A stretch of 64,000 nt of DNA from an uncultured Nitrospiraceae bacterium (GCA_963720035.1 CAVREB010000016.1:87756-151755), one strand, 5' to 3'; counted from the first letter of the stretch, positions 37,490 through 48,456 are shown. The notes: generated from the sequence alone by a model not told the origin. Program-made: numbers and translations.

Positions 37490-39835
37490 TCACAGAGTTG
37501 AAGCCTCTGTATTGAGAGGAAGTGGCATGTCACTCTCTTCTCGAATGGTCACATTGCTAAGAAAACCTCCGAGTTCTGGATTGGCATAGACACCAAACGC
37601 GTCAGCGATGATGCCCTTGGTTCCGTCATCACTTTCCACGGCATAGACGACCGACATCTCATCCGGATCGCTTGTTCCCTCGAATCGGTAATGCTCCACG
37701 ATGGTAAGTTCTTCTGCCTGGAAGGTTCTTCCGCTGTCGACATCTCGGAGCGCCTTATCGAGAAACTCGAAATTTGCCGTGAACCCTCGTTTCATTAAGT
37801 CCTCAATGGCTTCGGCCATACTCGTGTACAGCCTGCAGGCATGGGATTCCGCTAACTTTCGAAGCAGAAGCTTGTCTCGGTTCCCTGGATCGGACGGCAC
37901 GACGCGCTCTGTCTCTTTCGCACTCGGAGGACTCTTCTGCTTAGGCATGTAGTCATGAAGGCCGCGCTGGATGATTCCGCCGGAGAGAGAAGAGTACTTG
38001 CCGCTGAACGCGTTCTTACCAATGACTGTCGCAAGTCTGTCTCGATTGTGGATGAGCCCGAGAATGTTCTCGTCGATGCGCTGGCTGGCTTTTCGAAACA
38101 ATTCTTCTGCCAGGTCCCAGAGTTCCGGGTGTCCGCCAGTCCGTTCCTGACTCTCGGCGGAGAGGGCTGTCGCGGCAATGGTGAGTAAATCTTCGCCAAC
38201 GGCTTCGATTCGGTTTTGCCGTCCCTGATCGTCCCGAAGCGCTTGCCGATGAAATAGCATCGCATAGAAGATCGTCCGCGCGAGTCGTCGGCTCGTCCGC
38301 TCGATAAAGACCAGCTTGGGTCTGACTCTGGCGTGTTGAAGCTCGGGTCGGGAGGATAACGGCATGCCTTTCCATTGTTTCCGATACCAGGGCACGTAAA
38401 ATTTTAAGAGCTGCCATAACTCCGTGAACCGATGAGTACCTGTCATGCGTTCGTCGAACAAGTTCCGAGCCCGCTCAAGATGGGAGTTGAGCCCCTCGCG
38501 CGCCACGTAGGGCTTTAAAATATCGGTGGCACCTTCTCCAATTCTGGCCATTTCGGCATCGCGAACGAGCTGTTCGATACCAAAGGCTGGTTCTCCACGA
38601 ACGGCCTTCGACTCAGCCGTCTCATACCCCATGCCGCCAAAAATGATCTGTGCATCTTTGAGGAATCGGATGGTCTCTTCGGAACAGAACATTTTAGCGA
38701 TTGCCGCTTCAATGCGGATGTCGTACCGTTTCTGGTCTGCGAGATGCCACACCAACTGTGCCAGAGATTCCATGGCAAACAGGGTGGTGGCCATATGGCC
38801 GATCCGCATTTGTTGTGTCTGGCGCTCCGCCAGAGGTTTCTGAAACGTATAGCGTTCATTCGCCCGGTCGAGGGTCGGCTGCCACGCCTGTTTGGCCATG
38901 CCGAGACAGAGTGCTGGAATACTGATTGCCCGTCCGACGTTGAGGATCGTCAGCGCATAGTTGAGCCCTTTGCCGGTTTCCCCGATGAGGTGGTCAGCGG
39001 GGATATGAACGTCGCGGAACGTCATGTGCGCATTCTCAATCCCGCGGCAGCCCTCGAACTGACATCGTTGCCTGATCTGGACGCCCGGTAAGGTCATATC
39101 GAGGATGAACGCCGTGTGCACGTGGTTTTCTGCCCCGGTCCCTTCCGGGACAGGAATCCACAGGCGTTTTCCATTCTGCTGTAATTGTCTGGCCGGAACC
39201 CGTGCGATTAATGTGACGTAGCGGGCAATCGTCCCGTTCGTGCACCAGAGTTTTTCTCCGTTGACGACGAAGTTCTGGCCTGTGGAGTCGAGCACTGCCT
39301 CGGTCCGAATATTGGCGGCATCAGAGCCAGTGATCGGCTCAGTGAGCGCGAAGGCGGACATGTCCTCTCGTGCGACTCGCGGCAGAAAGGTTTTCTTCTG
39401 CTGCTCGTTTCCGAACAGCAAGATCGGCATCGCGATTCCGATGGATTGGGGGACGGCAACCGTCAGAGCCAGGGCATGGTTCCAACCAGCCATCAGAGTA
39501 AGGACGCGGCCATAATTCTTGTACGAGAATCCCAGTCCCCCATACTCCTTCGGGATCTTCATCCCGAAAGCTCCCAGCTTGAAGAGCCCCAGAAGGACCG
39601 AGTCGGGAATCTTGGCGGTCCGCTCGATCTCGTCAGGATCAACGTGGGCGGTGAGAAATGACTGGATGGTCTTGCAATAGGCCTCTCCGGCCGCTCGTTC
39701 TTCAGCTGGCTCTTCCGGCGGAAGCAGGAGATCGAAGTCAGGTCCGCCCTCATAGAGGCCAGTCATGAAACTCGCGCCGGCGAGACGTTCGCGGGCCTCT
39801 TCAAGCCGTTCCAAACCTTTGAACAGGTCCGACAT
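37490..39835 (-). CDS. large acyl-CoA dehydrogenase with extra C-terminal domain
   Basis: 781 aa. ACAD N, middle and C domains (FALTEPITGSDAANI..., GEKLWCTNG) are followed by a ~150-aa extension ending RFEGTSDPDEMSVVYAVESDDGTKG. Confidence 0.85.
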   Translation of the reverse strand: MSDLFKGLERLEEARERLAGASFMTGLYEGGPDFDLLLPPEEPAEERAAGEAYCKTIQSFLTAHVDPDEIERTAKIPDSVLLGLFKLGAFGMKIPKEYGGLGFSYKNYGRVLTLMAGWNHALALTVAVPQSIGIAMPILLFGNEQQKKTFLPRVAREDMSAFALTEPITGSDAANIRTEAVLDSTGQNFVVNGEKLWCTNGTIARYVTLIARVPARQLQQNGKRLWIPVPEGTGAENHVHTAFILDMTLPGVQIRQRCQFEGCRGIENAHMTFRDVHIPADHLIGETGKGLNYALTILNVGRAISIPALCLGMAKQAWQPTLDRANERYTFQKPLAERQTQQMRIGHMATTLFAMESLAQLVWHLADQKRYDIRIEAAIAKMFCSEETIRFLKDAQIIFGGMGYETAESKAVRGEPAFGIEQLVRDAEMARIGEGATDILKPYVAREGLNSHLERARNLFDERMTGTHRFTELWQLLKFYVPWYRKQWKGMPLSSRPELQHARVRPKLVFIERTSRRLARTIFYAMLFHRQALRDDQGRQNRIEAVGEDLLTIAATALSAESQERTGGHPELWDLAEELFRKASQRIDENILGLIHNRDRLATVIGKNAFSGKYSSLSGGIIQRGLHDYMPKQKSPPSAKETERVVPSDPGNRDKLLLRKLAESHACRLYTSMAEAIEDLMKRGFTANFEFLDKALRDVDSGRTFQAEELTIVEHYRFEGTSDPDEMSVVYAVESDDGTKGIIADAFGVYANPELGGFLSNVTIREESDMPLPLNTEASTL

Positions 39836-39969
39836 AGCCTCCTCCCTCCGTGGCGAGATGAATCAGGGTGCGGGGGATGACATCTGTGCCCTTGGTCTTG
39901 AGCCCCTTTCGGTATTGTGATAACGCCTCATACTGCCCTGAAGTTGTGGCGATTCCCGACCGGGAAACG

Positions 39970-41691
39970 CTAGGTCTGTTCCTTAAACTGAACGTTGCGG
40001 TAGGCCGCGAGTGTTGCTGCGAGTCGCGACTTCAGCTCCAGGCGTTTTGGTTTTCCCGTTGAGGTATAGGGAACCTCCTCTCCGAAGAGAATCACCTTTG
40101 GCCGTTTTGCAAAGGGAAGTCTGTGGACGCAATGGTCAAGCAACGTTGCGACAGTGGGCGGGGCTGTCTGATCTCGTGGAACGACGTAGGCGGCAATCTC
40201 CTCCCCGTAGTATCGATTCTCAAATGGTACCGCCATGGCAAATCTCACGTCTGGGTGACTCTTCAACGCATCGTCGATCTCCAACGGCGAGATATTGACT
40301 CCGCCACGGATAATCAGTTCCTTGAGCCGTCCGGAAATGAAGAAGAACGGCCGCCCTTGTTCGTCACTGGCGTAGTAGCCTTCGTCGCCCGAACGAAACC
40401 AGCCCCATTTGAAGGCGGCCTCATTGGCGTCGTCCCGTTTGAAGTAGCCGGCACAGACCGTCGCCCCTCGGATGCAAATTTCCCCGCGTGTCATTTCCGG
40501 CAGGAGTCTTCCAGTGTCGTCGAGGATAGCCATCACATTATGAGGTAGCGGGACACCAATGGACGGAAACTCGAAGTCGGTCAGCCAGTGGCGATGCTGC
40601 GCTCGCGACAAATCGTTCGGCAGGAAGCAGGAATAGCAGGTGGTCTCTGAGAGTCCATAACCATGCCGGATGGGGCAGTGAAAGCGATCTTCAAACCGGA
40701 TGGCTGTCTCTTTGAGCAGGGGGCCGGCCCCGCAGATCACTCCCTTGAACTGGCTGAGCTGATAGGCCGTGGTGTCTTCATTCGCTTCCAGCAGAAATTC
40801 CAGCAAGGTCGGGACGACGCTGACACAGGAGACGTGCTCCTCATGGAGGCGTCTCCAGAACAGACGGGTCTTGAATTTTCGGTTGAGCACGGTGCTGCCT
40901 CTGCAATAGAAGGGGGTGACGAGCGTGACGACAGCTCCGTTCACGTGGTGGATCGGCAAGACGCACATTAATCGATCGTTTCTCCCAAACGCATGCCACC
41001 CCGCGATGGCGTCGGCGTCGATGAGGAGGTTGTGCGCGGTGAGGATGACGCCCTTCGGAGGACCGGTCGTTCCTGATGTATAGACGATTAAGGCTTCGTC
41101 GTCCAAGCTAGAGGTTCGAGCCTCAAGGCGAAAGGCGGCAGGAGCTCTCTGCCTCCGGCCTCTCGTCACGTGCTGCTCGCCCTCACAGAGTCCATCGTCC
41201 CCCACGGCAATGATGTGGCGCAGAGCCGGCAGTGCTGAATGCAGGCTCGTGACCTCATCAAGATTTGCGTGCCAGCAAAAGACCGCCGCCGCTTCCGAAT
41301 GTTCGAGGATATACCGCTTCTTCTCCGTCGGCTCCTCTGCGTTGATCGGCACGACCGCGATCCTTCGCAACCAGGCGGCAAAGTACAGGATGACCGTCAG
41401 GTCATGGTTAAACAAGACGGTGGCGATCCGTTCGCCTGGTGCGAGCCCCAGCCGATCGTGGAGGAAGGCAGCGGTTCGGTCGACCACCGCCCCGAACTCC
41501 GCGTAGGTGTAAGTACAATGGATCTGCCGGTCGTCGTCATAATAGGTCAGGAAATTCCGATGCACGAGGAGTGGATCGTAGATCCGGGATCTAAAGAATT
41601 CCGCAAACGAAGTCCAGGGTAAGGCGAAGGGTTCACCATCCATCTGACGGACCTGTGCGATCCTGTCATGTGCGTCGGTCGATGGGGACAT
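39970..41691 (-). CDS. AMP-dependent acyl-CoA synthetase/ligase
   Basis: AMP-binding motifs LIVYTSGTTGPPKGV, GYGLSETT and WFRSGDEGY. Sits directly downstream of prpC. Confidence 0.85.
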   Translation of the reverse strand: MSPSTDAHDRIAQVRQMDGEPFALPWTSFAEFFRSRIYDPLLVHRNFLTYYDDDRQIHCTYTYAEFGAVVDRTAAFLHDRLGLAPGERIATVLFNHDLTVILYFAAWLRRIAVVPINAEEPTEKKRYILEHSEAAAVFCWHANLDEVTSLHSALPALRHIIAVGDDGLCEGEQHVTRGRRQRAPAAFRLEARTSSLDDEALIVYTSGTTGPPKGVILTAHNLLIDADAIAGWHAFGRNDRLMCVLPIHHVNGAVVTLVTPFYCRGSTVLNRKFKTRLFWRRLHEEHVSCVSVVPTLLEFLLEANEDTTAYQLSQFKGVICGAGPLLKETAIRFEDRFHCPIRHGYGLSETTCYSCFLPNDLSRAQHRHWLTDFEFPSIGVPLPHNVMAILDDTGRLLPEMTRGEICIRGATVCAGYFKRDDANEAAFKWGWFRSGDEGYYASDEQGRPFFFISGRLKELIIRGGVNISPLEIDDALKSHPDVRFAMAVPFENRYYGEEIAAYVVPRDQTAPPTVATLLDHCVHRLPFAKRPKVILFGEEVPYTSTGKPKRLELKSRLAATLAAYRNVQFKEQT

Positions 41692-42832
41692 AGGCCCTCG
41701 GCGGCGGTCCTGTGTATAGGGCCCGCGGTCTTATCAGCCGGTTGTGGCCCTGTTGTTCGATCACATGGGCACACCAGCCAGCCATCCGTGAGCAGACAAA
41801 GAGAGGTGTATACAGCTGGCGAGGGATTCCCATGAGCAGATAGGCCACGGCCGTATAGAAATCCAAATTGGGATACATGCCTTTCTCCTGTTGCATCACA
41901 TGATCGATGGTCGTAGCGATTTCGTACCATCGGGTGTTGCCGCAGATCCGACCTAATTCATGCGCCTGTCGCTGAATGATCGCGGAACGGGCATCTCCTC
42001 GTTTCAGCACACGGTGACCAAACCCCATGACACGCTGTTTAGCGGCGAGGGCGTCTTTTACCCATGTTTCGGCTCGGTCAGGGGTCTGGATCTCCATGAA
42101 CATGGCCGCGACTGCTTCATTGGCTCCCCCGTGCAGTGGTCCCTTGATGGTTCCGACCGCTGTGGTGATTGCCGAGTGCAGATCAGTCATTGTTGATGCA
42201 GTCACCCTTGCGGCAAACGTCGACGCGTTAAATTCATGTTCAGCATAGAGAATCAAAGAGACATCCAGAACCCTCGCCATTGTCTGTGCGACCCCGTCTC
42301 CATGGAGGTCGGTGAGGAGATAAAGAAGGTTTTCGGCGAAGGTGAGGTCTGTCCGTGGGCGCAAGCGACATTTGGCATTGGCGAACCGGTACGCGGTGGT
42401 GATCATCAAAGGGATTTGGGCTAAGAGCCTCACAGATTTTCGAATATTCGCCTCATGAGAACTGTCAGAGCTGTCGGGGTCTATCATCCCCAAGAGAGAC
42501 ACTCCGGTCCTGAGAATATCCATGGGATGGACCTTGCTCGGGACAACGCTGACGAAAGTTTCAACGGGATCGGGGAGCGTCCAATTGGCGCTGAGTTGTG
42601 TGTTGAACTCCTCCAGCTCTTTCCGCGCCGGCAACCTGCCGAACAGCAGCAGATAGGCCACTTCTTCGAATGTCGACTGTTCAGCCAAGTCAGTGATGGC
42701 ATAGCCTCGATACCGCAGGCCTGCCTCACCTTCATCGACTTGGCACAGCGCTGACTCCCCGGCGAGCACGCCCTCCAGGCCGGGGCTGTAGGTCTCTGTC
42801 TGATGACTGTCAGTTGTGCGATGTTCCATCAT
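41666..42832 (-). CDS. prpC: 2-methylcitrate synthase / citrate synthase family
   Basis: Citrate-synthase signatures (GPLHGGANE, MGFGHRVLKRGDARS). Start ATG 42832 (MMEHRTT). Sits in prpD-prpB-prpC order. Confidence 0.8.
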   Translation of the reverse strand: MMEHRTTDSHQTETYSPGLEGVLAGESALCQVDEGEAGLRYRGYAITDLAEQSTFEEVAYLLLFGRLPARKELEEFNTQLSANWTLPDPVETFVSVVPSKVHPMDILRTGVSLLGMIDPDSSDSSHEANIRKSVRLLAQIPLMITTAYRFANAKCRLRPRTDLTFAENLLYLLTDLHGDGVAQTMARVLDVSLILYAEHEFNASTFAARVTASTMTDLHSAITTAVGTIKGPLHGGANEAVAAMFMEIQTPDRAETWVKDALAAKQRVMGFGHRVLKRGDARSAIIQRQAHELGRICGNTRWYEIATTIDHVMQQEKGMYPNLDFYTAVAYLLMGIPRQLYTPLFVCSRMAGWCAHVIEQQGHNRLIRPRALYTGPPPRAYVPIDRRT

Positions 42833-43721
42833 CGGTTGAGCGAAACGACCGTTCTCGTCGTTCGTACTCCTCATACTCCAGCAGCTCGTAGAGCTGTTGC
42901 CTGGTGTGCATCTGATCCAACAGGTCACGCTGGGAGCCATGATTCGCCAAGTCGCGCAAGACCTGTTCCACGGCTTTGGTGGTAACCCTCAGGGCAGTCA
43001 CCGGAAACAGCACCAAGCGATACCCCAGATCTTCAAATTCGCTGACGCTCAAGTAGGGCGTCTTGCCAAATTCGGTCATGTTTGCCACCAGTGGAACTTT
43101 GGCTCCCTGCTTCGCGAGCTGCCCGGCAAACCTCCGGAACTCTTCAGCGGACTCGAGGGCTTCGGGAAAAATCGCGTCTGCGCCTGCTTCAACATAGGCC
43201 TGCGCTCGCTGGACGGCAGCCTCCAATCCTTCGACGCCGCGGGCATCCGTCCGCGCGATGACGAAAAATTCCTTGTCACGTCGCGCTTCGGTGGCAGCCA
43301 GGATCTTGCCGACCATCTCCTGCTGAGACACCAATCGCTTCCCTGACAAATGTCCGCACTTCTTCGGGTTCTCCTGGTCTTCCAATTGAATCCCGGCGAT
43401 ACCGGCTTGCTCAAACTCACGGACGGTCCGCATCACGTTGATGGCTGTACCAAAGCCTGTATCGACATCCGCGAGCGCGGGAATCGACACGGCATTGGCG
43501 ATCGTGGCCGAATCCGACAAGACTTCAGTCATGGTTAGCAAGCCGAGATCAGGGAGGCCCCGTGCTGCGGCCAATGCGGCGCCGGAGATATAGACTGCAC
43601 GAAAGCCGGCGCGTTCAATTTGAATTGCCGTGAGCGCATTGAATGCCCCCGGCAGCACCAGGGTTTGCTTGTCGATCAACTCACGCAGCCGGCGCGGCTT
43701 TGTCGAGGGAGGATCCTGCAT
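42810..43721 (-). CDS. prpB: methylisocitrate lyase (ICL/PEP-mutase family)
   Basis: LVLPGAFNALTA, DTGFG and KKCGHLSGK motifs. 303 aa. Confidence 0.85.
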   Translation of the reverse strand: MQDPPSTKPRRLRELIDKQTLVLPGAFNALTAIQIERAGFRAVYISGAALAAARGLPDLGLLTMTEVLSDSATIANAVSIPALADVDTGFGTAINVMRTVREFEQAGIAGIQLEDQENPKKCGHLSGKRLVSQQEMVGKILAATEARRDKEFFVIARTDARGVEGLEAAVQRAQAYVEAGADAIFPEALESAEEFRRFAGQLAKQGAKVPLVANMTEFGKTPYLSVSEFEDLGYRLVLFPVTALRVTTKAVEQVLRDLANHGSQRDLLDQMHTRQQLYELLEYEEYERRERSFRSTDDGTSHN

Positions 43722-43722
43722 G

Positions 43723-45123
43723 TCAGCCCTTTCGTTTCACCGTCAATAGCGGCATGAGTGTGCTGATATCCTTAACCAGGTCGAGTTGCCATACCAGGTC
43801 GATCACCTGTCTGGCTCGTGCGTGATCCAATTGTCCTGCTGCAAGTCTGAGGAATTTCTCCTCCACTTCGTGGTCGGGCATCGGATTGCGAGGATGACCA
43901 AGCGGATAATCCACCTGCTTCACATATTCCTTGTCGGATCTGGTTCGCACGGTGACGCGGGTGGGCATGGCTTGGGGGTACCGTCCCATGAACTCAGGCT
44001 GCTGGACGACTCGAATCTTTTGCATGAGTGAGGCCAGCGCCGAATCAGCCAACCGCCTCTTGTCGAACGAGCGGCGCGTCACGGCTCCATCCCTCAAGGA
44101 CACCGCGACGCAGTAGGGGAAGCTGTGGTCGGCCGTCTCTCTGGTCCTGGGCTGCCACTTCTCGGGATCGCGTCCGATGATCTCGATCGCCACGTCGTAG
44201 CTGCCGATCACTACGTCGGTGATGGCAGCAACCGCCGGTTCTCCTTCCGACTTGAGTAATTCCTCTCGCAGGGAGAGGGTTGCTTCCACTGCAGTCTGAG
44301 CGTGGTATTCGACCGGGTATTGCTTGATGTAGGTGCCGAGAATCTTGAACGCTGCTCTATCCACTCGTGTTCTGTCCTCCCCACCGAAGAGTGGCAAGTC
44401 GAAGGGTCCTGACACCAGGTTCATAAACCCCTTTTCACCTTCGAAGATCGGCGCTGGCCCCGTCATCCCTTGCCTGGCTAACATGGCAGCAAACACGCCG
44501 TTGCGTGCCGCATTGGAAAATGCGCAGGCTTTCCACATGGAAAGATCGCCGACTCGTGTCTGCCTCAAGGCGATATTGGCGACGCCGGCTAGATTGACCG
44601 CCTGGAGGGTTTTGGCCTTGGTGAGGTTCATCACCTTGGCTGCTGCCAGGGCGGAAGAGAAAGACCCATAAGTGACATGGTCCCATCCACGCAGTCGTAA
44701 TGAAGCAGCGTCACAGAGGCGACACTGCACCTCATAGGCGAGTGCGATAGCCTGAATAACCAGCTGGCCGGAGGCACCAGCGGCCTCTCCAACTGCCAGG
44801 ACCGCGGCAATATTGTCAGACGGATGGGCTGGCTCCTTCGCGAGATAGGTGTCATTAAAATCCAGATATCGGACGAGGGCGCCGTTGGCGAAGGTCGCGA
44901 GGTCCGGTACTGTCTTGTGGCTGGTCCCCCAGAGCGTCGCGCCGTGGGCCAGCTTGACCGACTGGGCCAGCTTTCGGGCGATTCGACAGGGGGACGCGTT
45001 CCACGCACCAAAGGCGCAGCCCAGGCTGTCCAACAGCCGACGTTTCACCTCGTGCACGACAGCGGGTGGAAGATCGTCGTAGCGGAGAGACTTGGTATAT
45101 TCAGCGAGGCGATTGGCGATCAT
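43723..45123 (-). CDS. prpD: 2-methylcitrate dehydratase (MmgE/PrpD family)
   Basis: 466 aa, PrpD-family sequence throughout, directly upstream of prpB. Confidence 0.85.
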   Translation of the reverse strand: MIANRLAEYTKSLRYDDLPPAVVHEVKRRLLDSLGCAFGAWNASPCRIARKLAQSVKLAHGATLWGTSHKTVPDLATFANGALVRYLDFNDTYLAKEPAHPSDNIAAVLAVGEAAGASGQLVIQAIALAYEVQCRLCDAASLRLRGWDHVTYGSFSSALAAAKVMNLTKAKTLQAVNLAGVANIALRQTRVGDLSMWKACAFSNAARNGVFAAMLARQGMTGPAPIFEGEKGFMNLVSGPFDLPLFGGEDRTRVDRAAFKILGTYIKQYPVEYHAQTAVEATLSLREELLKSEGEPAVAAITDVVIGSYDVAIEIIGRDPEKWQPRTRETADHSFPYCVAVSLRDGAVTRRSFDKRRLADSALASLMQKIRVVQQPEFMGRYPQAMPTRVTVRTRSDKEYVKQVDYPLGHPRNPMPDHEVEEKFLRLAAGQLDHARARQVIDLVWQLDLVKDISTLMPLLTVKRKG

Positions 45124-45142
45124 GGAAGTCTCTGCTCATGCG

Positions 45143-45922
45143 CTAGGGCTCAGTGTCGAGAAACCTTGGCGACCGTTTTCCCAGGAAGGCTTGGAGGCCC
45201 TCTTTCTTATCCGGTGTCCCGCACAGCTCTCCAAATAGCTCGGACTCGCGGGCAAGCCCTTCGGCGAGAGGACTGTCGAGCCCAACCCGAATGGCCCGCA
45301 ATGCCGCATGTATGGCGAGACGTCCGCGCGCTACGATCGTCCCTGCCAGGGCAGTGGCCTCACTCACCAGCTCTGCGGCAGGAACGACGCGATTGACAAG
45401 GCCCATCTTTAACGCCTCTTCGGCCGTGACGCTGTTGCCGGTTAAGATCAATTCCGTCGCTCGTGACGGTCCAACGATGCGAGCCAGCCGCTGCGTTCCA
45501 CCGAAGCCGGGAATCAGCCCGAGTTTGATCTCCGGCAGTCCGAGCGAAATCCCAGCCGCTGCGATTCGTATGTGACAGGCCATGGCCAGCTCAAGCCCGC
45601 CCCCGACGCAGGTTCCGTTGATGGCAGCGATCACGGGTTTGTCGAACCGCTCGATGCGGTTCAGCAGGCCGTGCCCTCGCGCTGAAAACTCAGTTCCCTC
45701 ATAGCATGTATTGAGGTGGGCCAGTTCGCTGATGTCAGCCCCTGCAGAGAAAAACTTGCCGGACCCTGTCAGGATTATCACTCTGATGTAGGTGTCGACC
45801 TCGAGTTCGCCGAATACCTGCTCTAATTCTTTCAATACAGAATGGTTGAGCACATTTGCCGGAGGGTAGTGCAAGGTCACCCGTGCGATGCGATGGGAAA
45901 CCGTCAGCAACTCGTGAGGCAT
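45143..45922 (-). CDS. enoyl-CoA hydratase/isomerase (crotonase)
   Basis: Start ATG 45922 (MPHELLTV). FSAGADISEL and AAINGTCVGGGLELAMACHIRIAA. Confidence 0.85.
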   Translation of the reverse strand: MPHELLTVSHRIARVTLHYPPANVLNHSVLKELEQVFGELEVDTYIRVIILTGSGKFFSAGADISELAHLNTCYEGTEFSARGHGLLNRIERFDKPVIAAINGTCVGGGLELAMACHIRIAAAGISLGLPEIKLGLIPGFGGTQRLARIVGPSRATELILTGNSVTAEEALKMGLVNRVVPAAELVSEATALAGTIVARGRLAIHAALRAIRVGLDSPLAEGLARESELFGELCGTPDKKEGLQAFLGKRSPRFLDTEP

Positions 45923-45939
45923 GGTGGCTCCCGTGTTCT

Positions 45940-46742
45940 TCAGCGGCGTTGCCGTTCCTCCAGGGGGCTCGGGCGCCGGCCGCGCAGATCGATCATCCTC
46001 TGGTGCTCGGCAATGGCCATGACCAGCTCTGGAATGCCCTCGCCGTTGGTGACGACTGTGCGGAGGACCAGGGGACACCACTCGCGCAAATCCTGCAGCG
46101 CCATCTCAGCACCGGGATGGTCTCCCTTATTGAGCACGACGATGTGCGCTACCTCCAGAAGCCCCGCTTTCATCGCCTGCACTTCATCGCCCAGCCCCGG
46201 TGCGACTACCGCCACGACCGTCTGCGCGATATCGAGGATATCCACTTCGTCCTGACCGACACCGATCGTCTCGATCAAGATCACATCGTAGCCCGCTGCT
46301 TCCAGGACAATCGCAGCCTCACGAGTGGCTCGTGCCAGTCCTCCGTGCTGGCCGCGCGTCGCCATACTGCGAATGAAGACGTTTCGATCGAGTGCGTGCT
46401 TCTGCATCCTGATGCGATCGCCCAGGATCGCCCCTCCGGTCAGGGGACTGCTGATATCGACCGCCAAGACTCCGACGCTTCTTCCCTGCTGCCGGTAGGC
46501 GGCCACGAGTTGATCGATCAGCGTGCTCTTGCCGGCGCCAGGGTAGCCAGTAACGCCAATCACAGCTGAATGACGGGGGACGGGCGAGAAAGCTGCCGCA
46601 GGGCAGCGATTCCATCAGGCTCTTGGTTTTCCAGCAAGGTGATCATGCGAGAGACCGCACGGATATCACGGGCCTTGACCCGGTCCACCAATGCCAGGAT
46701 GTCTCCCCCATCACGCCTGGTCTGCAGGCTCGAACCACACAT
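45940..46742 (-). pseudogene. meaB: MeaB/ArgK-type G-protein chaperone of B12 mutases, split by a single-base deletion (or an assembly indel)
   Basis: ORF 46560..46742 (...RMITLLENQEPDGIAALRQLSRPSP) and ORF 45940..46563 (VIGVTGYPGAGKSTL..., DVILIETIGVGQDE, NKGD) are consecutive MeaB segments. The frame changes at the C5 run (plus-strand G5 46575..46579). 803 nt is 268 codons minus 1. Confidence 0.8.
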
Positions 46743-47172
46743 CAGTCACCTTAAAGGATGGTGCTTTCGCAAAACGGGCAATTACTGGTAGGCCGATTCG
46801 CACCGTATCGGGCTGGATGCCCTTGAGCCTCGACAAAAACAACGTATCGGCTCCGTCAAACTCCACTAGAATCAGCGTGAACGGTGTCTCTTTCAGGAAG
46901 ATCTCCCCTCCGTAGTGGCAGGTGGTGAAGGTATGCACTCGGCCGGTTAACGGCAGTGCGAACCAGGAGGTCGCTGCGCCGCATCCCATGCAATGGGCAC
47001 GAGGGGTGGCATAGGTGTAGCCACAGGCGGTGCAACGAGAGCCGAGCAGTTGGCCTTTCGTCAGACCCACAAAAAATGGCGAATCTTGTGCGTAGCTGTG
47101 GTGATAATCGATCTCGTAGTGGTCCAGGATGATCAACGGATCCACTCCGTAGAGCACTGTTCCCTTGTCCAT
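46711..47172 (-). CDS. DUF35 Zn-ribbon/OB-fold protein (thiolase partner)
   Basis: CTACGYTYATPRAHCMGCG Zn ribbon followed by an OB-fold. Adjacent to an SCP-x-type thiolase, the usual pairing. Confidence 0.75.
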   Translation of the reverse strand: MDKGTVLYGVDPLIILDHYEIDYHHSYAQDSPFFVGLTKGQLLGSRCTACGYTYATPRAHCMGCGAATSWFALPLTGRVHTFTTCHYGGEIFLKETPFTLILVEFDGADTLFLSRLKGIQPDTVRIGLPVIARFAKAPSFKVTDVWFEPADQA

Positions 47173-48456
47173 TTAGGCTGCCTCCAGTACGGATGCTGTG
47201 ATGTAAGTCCCTGTGCCGGCATGGCTGTGGATCAGCCCGCGTTTCGCCTTCTTGACTTGAAGTCTCTCGTCATTCAAGTGTTTACCGATGGTGCCCTGCA
47301 ATTGCCAGAAGGCAAAGACTGCCTGCATCAGTCCTGTGGCGCCGACCGGGTGGCCGCAGGCCAGCAGACCACCGGAAGGATTGACCGGGAGCCGTCCCTG
47401 CTTGGGCAGTGGGAGGCCGTAGTCGAGTCCAGGCAAAAATGGTATGCCGCTCTCTATGAAACGGCCGCCTTCGCCGTACCGACATAACCCGAGGTCCTCG
47501 TAAGTCTGAATCTCAGAAGACGTGTAGGCATCGTGTAGTTCGACGAAGCTCAGCTCCTCTAGCGGGTTTCGGATCCCCGCCATCTCATAGGCCAGTTTCG
47601 CAGCCATACGGCCTCCGCGGAACGAGTGGACACCTGGATATTTGAGGTGCTGGTAATCTGACTCTCGCTCATGCGGCAGCAGGATGACCTTGCCATGGGG
47701 ACGGTCGGCCATCCGCATCGCGTCGGATCCTGAGCCGACCCCCGTGATCTTGACCGGTCGGTCACAAACCTTCCCGGCAAGTTCTTCGGACGCAAGGACG
47801 CAGACCGCCGCACCGTCGGACATGGTGCAGATGTCTTCCATCGTCAGCGGTGTGGCCACCATGGGAGACTCCCGCACCTGCTTAATCGTGAGACGTTTCG
47901 CCTTTTGAGCATAGGGGTTATGCAGGGCATTCGCATGGTTCTTGACCGAGACCATGGCCATCTGCTCGACCGTCGTGCCGAATTCATACATGTGGCGCTG
48001 CACCATCATGGCGTAGTACCCGCTGTAGAACCCGCCGACAGGGAAGTCGAAGTTCGTGTCAGAGGCGAGGGCGATGAACTCATTCCCTTTCCAGGTATTC
48101 ACGCGCGACATCGTTTCAAACCCGAAGGCCAGGCAGCAATTCATACGCCCGGAGGCCACGGCTTCCCATGCTGACTGGAAGCAGAGCCCGCCTGTCGCTC
48201 CCCCGCCTTCGATTCGTTTAGACGGTTTGGGGCAGAGGCCGAGATAATCCTGCACCATGCTGGCCGCTTTCAGCTGCCGCGTGAAGTGGTCGGAGAAGTA
48301 GGAGCCGACCGCTCCATCGATCATGTCTTTCGAAAAACGAGGCAGATCGTGCAGCGTATAGTCGTAGGCCTCCTTCACCATAAGACGGAAATCTTTCCCG
48401 GGATGAGCCTTGGCAAATTTCGTGATGCCGCCGCCGATCATGTAGACTGGTCTCAT
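47173..48456 (-). CDS. thiolase-like protein (SCP-x / nonspecific thiolase type)
   Basis: 427 aa thiolase fold ([16 protein letters not shown]; [17 protein letters not shown]). Confidence 0.8.
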   Translation of the reverse strand: MRPVYMIGGGITKFAKAHPGKDFRLMVKEAYDYTLHDLPRFSKDMIDGAVGSYFSDHFTRQLKAASMVQDYLGLCPKPSKRIEGGGATGGLCFQSAWEAVASGRMNCCLAFGFETMSRVNTWKGNEFIALASDTNFDFPVGGFYSGYYAMMVQRHMYEFGTTVEQMAMVSVKNHANALHNPYAQKAKRLTIKQVRESPMVATPLTMEDICTMSDGAAVCVLASEELAGKVCDRPVKITGVGSGSDAMRMADRPHGKVILLPHERESDYQHLKYPGVHSFRGGRMAAKLAYEMAGIRNPLEELSFVELHDAYTSSEIQTYEDLGLCRYGEGGRFIESGIPFLPGLDYGLPLPKQGRLPVNPSGGLLACGHPVGATGLMQAVFAFWQLQGTIGKHLNDERLQVKKAKRGLIHSHAGTGTYITASVLEAA

